Origin: Ignavibacteriaceae bacterium
GTDB lineage: Bacteria > Bacteroidota > Ignavibacteria > Ignavibacteriales > Ignavibacteriaceae
DNA: 64,000 nucleotides
NCBI GenBank assembly: GCA_013360295.1
Contig: JABWCL010000024.1
Span: 1,529-65,528, forward strand
Direction of reading: 5' to 3'
Below the pieces are notes generated by a model. That model made no database searches. It was not told the DNA's origin and saw nothing but the letters and a program-made list of their open reading frames with translations. The translations under genes were made by a program, and so were the position numbers. This document shows, piece after piece, positions 48,035-56,114 of this stretch. Within the stretch, counting starts at the first letter, position 1. Each line of letters begins with the position of its first letter.

Positions 48035-48751
48035 ATGGAAAAAAAACAAAGCGGCAGCGGAAGAATAATCGCGGGGGTTCTAATAATAGCCCTGGGAACC
48101 TTGATTTTACTGGATAATCTTAATATCCTCCCATACGATGCCACAAGGCTGATATTCTCCTGGCCAATGATTATGGCGGTGATAGGAATTGTAAGCCTGA
48201 TGTTCTCGGAAAATAAAACCGTCGGGATAGTGTTTACTGTTATTGGTGTTGTTTTCCTTATTCCCAGGATATATCCTGATGTAGATATCGATATGAGCAT
48301 CATTATACCAATACTCATTATTTTCCTTGGTTTATACCTTGTTTTCAAAAGAAATTCGCCCGGGAAAAAAATACACACGTACTTTAAGCGGAATGAAATA
48401 ACTGACAATGATACACTGGATGAACTTGTGGTTTTCGGAGGTTCTTCAAAGAGTATTCGGTCGGATAATTTCAAAGGGGGACAGGTAACAACAATTTTCG
48501 GAGGTGCAGAACTTGATCTGAAAAACTGCAAACTGGCAGAACCGAAAAGGCAGCTTGATATCGTGGCTATTTTCGGAGGAGTTGAGATCACAGTTCCTTC
48601 TGACTGGAGCGTTCATGTGGATGTTCTGCCCATATTCGGTGGATTTTCAAATAAAAAATACCAGGATAAGAACGAAGTTATCCCCGGTGAGCGAGTTTTG
48701 CAGGTAAAGGGGATAGTGATTTTCGGCGGAGGAGAGATAAAGTACAGATAG
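48035..48751 (+). CDS. LiaF-like / DUF2154 membrane protein (cell-envelope stress module)
   Basis: ATG at 48035 preceded by AAGGAAA. The 33 codons upstream in the listed ORF are AT-rich and probably not coding. N-terminal TM helices. The C-terminus carries repeated FGG motifs (VFGGSS, TIFGGAELDL, AIFGGVEITVPSDW, PIFGGFS, VIFGGGEI), typical of the LiaF C-terminal domain. Confidence 0.7.
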   Translation: MEKKQSGSGRIIAGVLIIALGTLILLDNLNILPYDATRLIFSWPMIMAVIGIVSLMFSENKTVGIVFTVIGVVFLIPRIYPDVDIDMSIIIPILIIFLGLYLVFKRNSPGKKIHTYFKRNEITDNDTLDELVVFGGSSKSIRSDNFKGGQVTTIFGGAELDLKNCKLAEPKRQLDIVAIFGGVEITVPSDWSVHVDVLPIFGGFSNKKYQDKNEVIPGERVLQVKGIVIFGGGEIKYR

Positions 48752-48872
48752 TCTGTTTCTAACTGGCGGCAGGTCCGGGTACTTAAATTACCGCTAATTA
48801 AGCCCGGCTGCCGTCTGTAAAAAAACCTTCCTCTTTCCCGGTATTTGAACTGATATTAAGCAGTATTTTTTT

Positions 48873-48897
48873 GGAACAATTCGTTTGTCCGAGCGTC
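48873..48897 (+). promoter_or_regulatory. Candidate ECF-type autoregulatory promoter (GGAAC-N16-CGTC)
   Basis: GGAAC (48873-48877), 16-nt spacer, CGTC (48894-97). The ATG of the ECF sigma gene follows 6 nt later. Confidence 0.4.
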
Positions 48898-48903
48898 AAA
48901 ATA

Positions 48904-49497
48904 ATGAATAACAAACAAAAACCTGAAATGCCCATTACACAGACAGTTTTTACTCTTGATGACGATTTTTCGCTTATCAATGCCTTTAATGACGGTGACC
49001 AGTCGGCCTTTTCCAGGCTTGTATCCAGGCATAAGGAAAAAGTCAGGAACCTGATCTACGCCACGCTAGGCGACGCGAGGAATGTTGAGGATATTTCCCA
49101 GGAAGTTTTTATAATTGTTTATCACAAGCTGCATACTTTCCGCTTCCAGTCCCGGTTTACCACCTGGCTTTACCGCATTACAATCAATAAATGTAAGGAT
49201 CATCTCCGCAGGGTAAAATTGCGGAGTATCTTCACCTATCTTCACAGTGAAGATGCCGAGAAAGTTACCGTCAGTTCGTCAGAGAGTTTTGATATAAAGC
49301 AAGTAGTCCGTGAGGCTGTTAACAGGTTACCAGAAAAACTCCGTTACCCTCTCATCCTCAGAGATTTTGAAGGATGTAGCTATGAAGAGATAGCGGATGT
49401 TTTGGAGACGGAAATCGGCACTGTAAAATCAAGGATTTTCAGAGCACGTGAATTTCTAAAAAAAGACCTCGAACCATTGAAAAACGAACTATTATGA
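48904..49497 (+). CDS. ECF-subfamily RNA polymerase sigma factor
   Basis: Region 2 is FSRLVSRHKEKVRNLIYATLGD...EDISQEVFIIVYHKL..F....FTTWLYRITINKCKD. Region 4 is EGCSYEEIADVLETEIGTVKSRIFRARE. The listed TTG at 48871 is a less likely start. Confidence 0.88.
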   Translation: MNNKQKPEMPITQTVFTLDDDFSLINAFNDGDQSAFSRLVSRHKEKVRNLIYATLGDARNVEDISQEVFIIVYHKLHTFRFQSRFTTWLYRITINKCKDHLRRVKLRSIFTYLHSEDAEKVTVSSSESFDIKQVVREAVNRLPEKLRYPLILRDFEGCSYEEIADVLETEIGTVKSRIFRAREFLKKDLEPLKNELL

Positions 49498-51173
49498 AAA
49501 TTACGAATAAAATACTTGAAAATCTTTCAGCTTACCTCGATGGTGAGCTGACCCCGGAGGAAAGATTCGAGACAGAGGAACTGCTGAAATCTTCTCCGCA
49601 GATACAGGAAGAGTACCAGAAGATCAAATCATTGAAGGATGCTATTAATAATTTCAAACCTCTTCCTCCGGACGAGTACTTCGAGACTCGCCTTGCACCG
49701 AAACTTAAAACCGGATATAATTTTTTGGATAAGTACAGGATACCCAGGCCGGCGATTTTATTTGCCGGTGCGACGGTCATTCTGATGATATTACTTCAAT
49801 CAGGCTCTGATTTCTTTGAAGAATGGTTCTCACAGGGAAAGAGCGGACTTGAGTCATTTTACTCAAAAAACCTGACTTCACTTCTGATGGCGGCTGATCT
49901 TACCAATGAGGATCTTTTTGATTTCGCTTTCAACAAGAACCTTCCTCTTGACGAAACTGGGAATAAGGTATTAGCGATCGGAACGGATGAGACAGGTAAG
50001 GAATTCCTCGAAGTTAAATACGCCGGGGCAGTGCAGCCGGGGTTAAAGCTGAATGATTTTTATCGCCAATTTAACCTTAACCAGGAACAGCAGAATAAAG
50101 TTGATTCGATACTCGACAGTTATTCAGACAGGCTTGCGTCAGTCGTACTAGTCAATGATAAGAATACGATAGCAGTAAATCCGGAACTCTGGAGGTACCA
50201 CAGCAGGCTGCGTCAGGATCTCCTTGCATATGCGTCATCTGTCAACCGGGAAGCGGTAGTTACAGCGTTCGGAGGAGAATCGGAGTTTAATGATCTTATG
50301 CGCGAGCCTGAACCTATGCCTGTGCCTGTGATGCCGGCTTCTGCCGAAAATTACTATTTCATTACTCCCGATTCTATTTTCTTTTCCAGGGCGGTGGTAG
50401 ATGAGAACAGAATTCAGAACGACATCGCCAGGATCAGAAAGAGAGTAAAATCCGTTTCTGAAGATGATAGAATCAGGTTAGACCTTTCTCCGGTTTTTTC
50501 TGAACAGGGTGAGTTAACCAAATCCGGAAGTATGCGTGTTATGATAAACGATAACTCCATCCGGGTGGTTATTCCGGAAAATATTTCACCGCTCGAAAAA
50601 AACCGTGATCTTGAGAAACTGGCGTCTAAGCTTGACAGTGCTTTCAAACAGCTTAAGAAAAAGAATATGGAGTTCAAATTTGATATGCCTCCGGTAGCAG
50701 GCAGTGAATTCCGTGTGAACGTAAGAACGGAAGGGAGGAGCGGGAGAGCTTCATACAGCTACGGTTATGACGCTCCTGATATGGTAATCATTAAAAAGGA
50801 TTCCATAAAAAAAATAAAACCGCTTGATTCCGTTTTTATTTCAAAGCAATTCCGGGAAACGCATTTCCCGGATTCAATGTCCGTTGAGAAACTGCAAAAA
50901 CTCGCGGACAGTCTATCGAAAAAATTTGGGAAGGACAGCCAGTGGTTCAATAATCAGCCTGATCTCGATCAGTTTTTCCGCGATAACTTTGCTGATACAT
51001 CGAGGATTTTCAAAGATCGTTTACGCGAGGAGATGAGGCAGGAGTGGCTGCTCTTCCGTAAGGAGATGAACCGGCTGCGCGAAGAGATGAGGAGATTCCG
51101 GGAAGATTTAAATCCTCAGAAGAAAAAGCAAGAAGCGGAACCGATCGAAATACGTTATAATATCGAGACCTAG
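49494..51173 (+). CDS. Putative anti-sigma factor: N-terminal anti-sigma helix, one TM, large extracytoplasmic domain
   Basis: 4-nt ATGA overlap with the ECF sigma gene. N-terminus LSAYLDGELTPEERFETEELL. A TM lies around aa 85-105. The Arg/Glu-rich C-terminus reads LREEMRQEWLLFRKEMNRLREEMRRFRE. Confidence 0.65.
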   Translation: MKITNKILENLSAYLDGELTPEERFETEELLKSSPQIQEEYQKIKSLKDAINNFKPLPPDEYFETRLAPKLKTGYNFLDKYRIPRPAILFAGATVILMILLQSGSDFFEEWFSQGKSGLESFYSKNLTSLLMAADLTNEDLFDFAFNKNLPLDETGNKVLAIGTDETGKEFLEVKYAGAVQPGLKLNDFYRQFNLNQEQQNKVDSILDSYSDRLASVVLVNDKNTIAVNPELWRYHSRLRQDLLAYASSVNREAVVTAFGGESEFNDLMREPEPMPVPVMPASAENYYFITPDSIFFSRAVVDENRIQNDIARIRKRVKSVSEDDRIRLDLSPVFSEQGELTKSGSMRVMINDNSIRVVIPENISPLEKNRDLEKLASKLDSAFKQLKKKNMEFKFDMPPVAGSEFRVNVRTEGRSGRASYSYGYDAPDMVIIKKDSIKKIKPLDSVFISKQFRETHFPDSMSVEKLQKLADSLSKKFGKDSQWFNNQPDLDQFFRDNFADTSRIFKDRLREEMRQEWLLFRKEMNRLREEMRRFREDLNPQKKKQEAEPIEIRYNIET

Positions 51174-51293
51174 TTTCTGTTGACGTGCAGCTGATATCCC
51201 AATCGAGTGAATCTTTGTTTAAGACCGCATCTGCTGTAAAAGCCGGGGAGATAATCAAAACAGTTGCTTATTAAAGGGGGTACAGAATTTAGA

Positions 51294-51340
51294 CCGGGCA
51301 ACTGAAGTGCTGCGCGCTTCTTTTGCCCGGCATTTTTTTG
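51294..51340 (+). terminator. Strong intrinsic terminator after the ECF/anti-sigma pair
   Basis: Outer stem CCGGGCAA/TTGCCCGG with inner stem GAAGTGC/GCGCTTC, followed by CATTTTTTT. Confidence 0.8.
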
Positions 51341-51547
51341 TTTCGACTAACACCCTCCTCCCCGGAGGATTTCAGGTTATCCGCTAAAATCCTCAAAAAG
51401 CTGTTTTTCTCATCCTATAACTTTTCAATTTATCCCAGCAATATTCCGCTTATCACTAAAAGGGGCTAATTCAGCGAAAGTATGTATATTTTCCAGTCGA
51501 AAACCTCCCATCTAGGGAGAATTTTATAAATTATTAATATTGATAAA

Positions 51548-53629
51548 TTGAAGTTCTCATTAGGTTCATATAGAATAATAGCCGGCACAAAGCTGCAGTA
51601 TCTGATCGTACCGCTCCTTATATGGTTTTTTGTCAAATTGCTTGCACCGGTTAAAGAAGGCTGGCTCTATTATATTCTTGGGGATCTGGCAGGTGTTGCA
51701 GCAGGGTATATCATTTTTGTCTCAATGGGAAGAGTTAAACTACTTAAATCCTATACTCCCACTGCCAGGGTTATAAGTGTCGGGATCGCGGGATTGTTAC
51801 TCATAATCGGCATCAATCTATATGATTTCATAATTTCAGGTAATGTTGCCAATTCTCCGTCTGAAATCCTTGAGGGATCAAGATTATATACACTCATTGA
51901 TTTTATTTTCAGTATAGTTTTTCTGGTAATAGGCTCATTCATCCTTGTGATGCTTATGGAGTTGTATTATCTGAAATCCAGGCAGGCACGCCGCACTTAC
52001 TTTAACGCGATGCTTGTTTTTATAACTCTATCGTGCCTGACGGCGTTTCTTAACAGGGCAGAATATGAATCATTAAAATTTATAAATCTTGCTTTCACTG
52101 TAAACGCGTTCATTCTTGTAAGTTTTAATTCATTCCGGATGGCGTGGATCGCGTTCCTTAATAAAGTCGAAAAGCAGCGGCTGATTCTTTATTCCATTTT
52201 GCTTGTGATTTTGTTCGGACTGCTGACTGACAGCATTCTCGAAACATCTTCCGCTACTGAATCAATGAAAGAGTTCTCAATGGCGCTGAAGTTTTACCTT
52301 ATGTTTGGAGTGCTGTACGGACTAATCTTTTTCAGTATTTTATTTTTTACAGCACTGTTTCACCTTCCGACGGCTGAAGCAATCGACAGGAAGACAAAAG
52401 AATTTACATCGTTCCAGTACCTGAGCAAACTGATAAACCAGGTTCTCGATTTTAAGGAACTGAGTTTAACAATTACGGAACTTGCAACCCAGATCTCAGG
52501 TTCGGAAGCCGCGTGGCTTCTAATGCATAATGACCAGACGCTAACGCCCGTCGCGCCTAAGAATATCGGGTTCATCGAAGCCGATAAGTTCAGAAAAGAG
52601 CTTGAGGACGCGGGATGGAAAAGAGATAATGTTGAAATTAAATATTTGAGCCTGGCTGCTAATCCTTCTGAAACGAAATCAGGCGAGAGATATCAGCACG
52701 CGGTATCCGTGCCGCTCCGATCGCATAATAACGTAAATGCTACACTGGTAATTTTGAAAAAAGGGAGTTTTGGATTTGACCAGGAAGACAGGTCAGCTAT
52801 CGAGACATTCTCAGATTACGCGTCGATCGCGCTGGAAAATTCAAGGCTTCTCCAGGAATCAATAGAGAAAGAACGCCTTGAGAAAGAACTCGATGTTGCA
52901 CGTGAGATGCAAAGGCGCCTGATACCTGCGGAAATACCTAAGGTCACCGGGCTGGATATATCCGCTGTTTTTATTCCCGCGTTTGAAGTCGGTGGTGATT
53001 ATTATGACTTTTTCGAAATGAGCAGCGGAAGGTTTGGTTTTGTTGTGGGGGATGTTTCGGGGAAAGGAATCTCCGCCGCGTTCATTATGGCGGAGCTTCG
53101 CGGCGTATTTGAATCTCTCAGCAGGCTGATAAACGATCCGAGAGAGATATTAATCAACGCGAATGATATACTCAGAAAATCGCTTGGAAGCAGCAGTTTC
53201 GTTACTGTGGCATTTGGTATTTATGACAGAGCACATTCAAAAGTGTATCTCGTCCGGGCAGGACACACTCCAATACTCTATGCAAATGGAAACGGAGTTG
53301 AAGACCTGCGCCCCGCGGGAATCGGGCTAGGCCTCAATTATTCTCATATATTCACCAATTCTCTTGAGACGATTGAACTGAACCTGAAAGATGACGATGT
53401 GCTGGTTGTCTTTACAGACGGAATTACAGAGGCAAAAAATTCGAAAATGGAAGACTTCGGGCTGCCAAGGCTGAAGGAGATCATATCGGACACGCGCGCT
53501 GAAAGCGCCCAGGAAATTACAAATAAGATCATTCACGATGTGACTGTGTACTCTGAGTCGAGTCCGCAGCACGACGATATAACACTATTAATTCTAAAAG
53601 TAAAAAATTTAAATAACCGGAGTAATTAG
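51548..53629 (+). CDS. Multi-TM sensor / GAF / SpoIIE (PP2C-type, RsbU-like) serine phosphatase
   Basis: TTG start, about 8 TM spans. GAF end ...FSDYASIALENSRLLQE. PP2C region AREMQRRLIP...GGDYYDFF...VVGDVSGKGISAAFIMA...TDGITEA...DDITLLILKV. Confidence 0.85.
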   Translation: MKFSLGSYRIIAGTKLQYLIVPLLIWFFVKLLAPVKEGWLYYILGDLAGVAAGYIIFVSMGRVKLLKSYTPTARVISVGIAGLLLIIGINLYDFIISGNVANSPSEILEGSRLYTLIDFIFSIVFLVIGSFILVMLMELYYLKSRQARRTYFNAMLVFITLSCLTAFLNRAEYESLKFINLAFTVNAFILVSFNSFRMAWIAFLNKVEKQRLILYSILLVILFGLLTDSILETSSATESMKEFSMALKFYLMFGVLYGLIFFSILFFTALFHLPTAEAIDRKTKEFTSFQYLSKLINQVLDFKELSLTITELATQISGSEAAWLLMHNDQTLTPVAPKNIGFIEADKFRKELEDAGWKRDNVEIKYLSLAANPSETKSGERYQHAVSVPLRSHNNVNATLVILKKGSFGFDQEDRSAIETFSDYASIALENSRLLQESIEKERLEKELDVAREMQRRLIPAEIPKVTGLDISAVFIPAFEVGGDYYDFFEMSSGRFGFVVGDVSGKGISAAFIMAELRGVFESLSRLINDPREILINANDILRKSLGSSSFVTVAFGIYDRAHSKVYLVRAGHTPILYANGNGVEDLRPAGIGLGLNYSHIFTNSLETIELNLKDDDVLVVFTDGITEAKNSKMEDFGLPRLKEIISDTRAESAQEITNKIIHDVTVYSESSPQHDDITLLILKVKNLNNRSN

Positions 53630-53980
53630 ATGTCAGAATTTTTCACAAATTTAAAAGAGAACGGCACTGTAAATATAGTGGAGCTGGGAGGGTATCTCGA
53701 TGCTCACACCGCGCCCCAGCTTGAAAATGTATTCTCGGATCTGATAAAGAGTAAGAGGTTCAATGTTGTGGTAAACTTTGAACAGCTGAACTATATCAGC
53801 AGCGCCGGTCTCGGTGTTTTTATGGCATTCATCGAAACGATGAGGGAGAACAGCGGGGATATAAAACTCGCCGCCATGAAACCGAATGTTTACAATATAT
53901 TCGATCTTCTGGGCTTTCCGCTTCTCTACGAAATATTTAATTCAGAAAACGAAGCCATCGATAAATTTATAAAGCAATGA
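53630..53980 (+). CDS. STAS-domain anti-sigma-factor antagonist (RsbV/SpoIIAA-like)
   Basis: 116 aa. LDAHTAPQLE...LNYISSAGLGVFMAF, with a conserved phosphorylatable Ser context. The ATG directly follows the upstream TAG. Confidence 0.88.
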   Translation: MSEFFTNLKENGTVNIVELGGYLDAHTAPQLENVFSDLIKSKRFNVVVNFEQLNYISSAGLGVFMAFIETMRENSGDIKLAAMKPNVYNIFDLLGFPLLYEIFNSENEAIDKFIKQ

Positions 53981-53992
53981 AATCTTAAAGCC

Positions 53993-54427
53993 GTGGAAAA
54001 TACAAAACAAAAAACTTTCGAACTCAGCGTTAGGAGCACTACAGAAGAGCTCTCGGCGATCCGGGATTTCATAAGGCAGAGTATTTCTCCTGCAGGAATA
54101 ACGGATGAAGCTATGGATAAAATCATCCTGGCCGTTGATGAAGCTTCTACGAATGTTGTAAAGCACGCATACCACTACGCGAAAGATAAAGAGATCAAAA
54201 TTCAGCTTGAACTGAAATCCGAATCGTGCGTGGTAACCATAACCGATTTTGGCGATTCCTTTGATCCGAATGAAATCCCCCAGCCGAATATGAAGCAGTA
54301 CCTGGAGGAAAAGAGGGTCGGCGGGCTGGGCCTTTATCTTATGCGCACACTTATGGATGAGGTGCAGTATACTTCGTATGACGGTAAATACAATAAATTA
54401 GTATTAATTAAAAAAATATCTGCCTGA
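53993..54427 (+). CDS. RsbW/SpoIIAB-like serine protein kinase / anti-sigma regulatory factor (HATPase_c)
   Basis: GTG start. N-box AVDEASTNVVKHAY, G1-like ITDFGDSFD, G2 GGLGLYLMRTLMDEV. Confidence 0.85.
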   Translation: MENTKQKTFELSVRSTTEELSAIRDFIRQSISPAGITDEAMDKIILAVDEASTNVVKHAYHYAKDKEIKIQLELKSESCVVTITDFGDSFDPNEIPQPNMKQYLEEKRVGGLGLYLMRTLMDEVQYTSYDGKYNKLVLIKKISA

Positions 54428-54428
54428 G

Positions 54429-56114
54429 ATGCCGCACTCTTCTGAAGATATCCGTATTAAAAGAAACCTGACCGCGCTGGTGGAATTCAGCCGTGCCGTC
54501 AACTCGAGCCTAAGTATGGACTTTACACTGAACAACCTTCTCCTTAGTTGTTTTGGAAAGTTCCTTACGACAAAAGGATTCGTGGCTATTAACTCAAACG
54601 GGTTTCTGACTCCGGTCGTACTTAAGGGTATTAACAAAGAAGAACTGGAAGCATTTCCAAAAATTCCGGCTGAGAATACCGATGATTCAAAAGCGATGAT
54701 GAGGTCATTTGTAAAGGAGAACAATCTTAAATTATGTGAGCCGATAGTTTCTTCGAGGGGGCTGCTGGGCTGTATTGTGCTCGGGGAAAAAATAAATAAA
54801 TCTGATTATACGGAAGACGAAGTTGATTTCTTACGCACTATCTTAGGCATTGCCGCGACATCAATTGAGAATTCATTGTTTGTTGATGAACTGCGCGGGT
54901 TGAACAGGGACCTTGACAAAAGGCTTAACAGGTTAAGTTCGCTGTTTGAACTGAGCAAAGAATTCGGCGCGTTAATTGAAGAAGAGAGGATAAGCAGGCT
55001 ATTAGTCTATTCTCTTCTTGGCAATTTCCTGGTTTCATCGTACGCGATATGCTACCTTGAAGACAAAAAACTGAAAGTGATCGAATCAACCGTTCCGAAA
55101 CAACCGGTCCTGGATTATCTCGGAACCATTAATCTTCAGTCTGTTACGAATCCCGTAAGCGGCGAAAACCTGACAGCATCTTTCGAGCCGCTCTCGAGGC
55201 TGAAAATTAATCTCATTATTCCGATGAAGTACCAGAATGAAACGCGGGGGTTGATTCTTCTGGGTAAGCGGATGAATCTCGCGGAGTATTCTGATGCGGA
55301 TATCGAGTTTATTACCTCAGTAGGTAACCTTGCTATAATGTCTCTTGAAAACAGAAGACTGTTTAAGGAAGCCCTCGAAAAACAGCGGCTTGAAGAAGAA
55401 CTGGAGATCGCGAAAGATATCCAGAGAAACCTGCTTCCGAAAAATCTCCCTCAGTTCGAAGAATATGATATCGCGGCAATGACAGTCCCCTCAAAGCAGG
55501 TGGGGGGAGACTACTACGATATAATATCCACTGCCGGAGAAGATGTTTATCTGGCGATTGCCGACGTTTCAGGGAAAGGCGTCCCTGCGTCTTTACTGAT
55601 GGCAAACCTGCAGGCTTTTTTGAAATCCATTACCATACAGAACTTGGGCCTTTCAGACGCAACCGGGCTTTTGAATAATCTGGTAACAGAGAACACCTCC
55701 GAAGGACGTTTTATTACTTTCTTCTGGTGTAAACTTTTAAGGAACGAAAAGAAACTTATTTATGTCAACGCCGGACATAATCCTCCTTTACTTATTAGGA
55801 ATAATAAACTGCAATATCTTGATAAGGGGGGAATGATATTCGGGGTAATGAAGACCTTTGTCCCCTACGCGGAGGAGATTATTGAGCTGCAATCCGGAGA
55901 TCTGCTTGTGCTTTTCACAGACGGTGTAACCGAAGCGAAGAACCGCTTTGACAGGGAATTTACTGACGAGAAACTTGAAACGCTGATGCTCGGAGTCAAG
56001 GGCGAAATGAAGGCAGGCGAGATAATGAATATGATTAAGTCCGAAATTGATACATATGTTGAGGGCTTTCCTCAGTCGGACGATATTACAATGATCGTGG
56101 TGAAGGTAAAATAG
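54429..56114 (+). CDS. Cytoplasmic GAF-GAF / SpoIIE (PP2C-type) serine phosphatase
   Basis: No TM spans. Two GAF ends (...LGIAATSIENSLFVDEL; ...VGNLAIMSLENRRLFKE). PP2C region AKDIQRNLLP...GGDYYDII...IADVSGKGVPASLLMA...TDGVTEA...DDITMIVVKV. Confidence 0.85.
   Translation: MPHSSEDIRIKRNLTALVEFSRAVNSSLSMDFTLNNLLLSCFGKFLTTKGFVAINSNGFLTPVVLKGINKEELEAFPKIPAENTDDSKAMMRSFVKENNLKLCEPIVSSRGLLGCIVLGEKINKSDYTEDEVDFLRTILGIAATSIENSLFVDELRGLNRDLDKRLNRLSSLFELSKEFGALIEEERISRLLVYSLLGNFLVSSYAICYLEDKKLKVIESTVPKQPVLDYLGTINLQSVTNPVSGENLTASFEPLSRLKINLIIPMKYQNETRGLILLGKRMNLAEYSDADIEFITSVGNLAIMSLENRRLFKEALEKQRLEEELEIAKDIQRNLLPKNLPQFEEYDIAAMTVPSKQVGGDYYDIISTAGEDVYLAIADVSGKGVPASLLMANLQAFLKSITIQNLGLSDATGLLNNLVTENTSEGRFITFFWCKLLRNEKKLIYVNAGHNPPLLIRNNKLQYLDKGGMIFGVMKTFVPYAEEIIELQSGDLLVLFTDGVTEAKNRFDREFTDEKLETLMLGVKGEMKAGEIMNMIKSEIDTYVEGFPQSDDITMIVVKVK

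Noticed and set aside
47936-48903. Longer N-terminal extensions given by the ORF track for the LiaF-like gene (47936) and the ECF sigma gene (TTG at 48871)
   Set aside because: The extra codons fall in AT-rich, promoter-like DNA, encode non-conserved K/F/I-rich sequence, and in the sigma case overlap the candidate -35 element. Internal ATGs at 48035 and 48904 fit the conserved protein cores.
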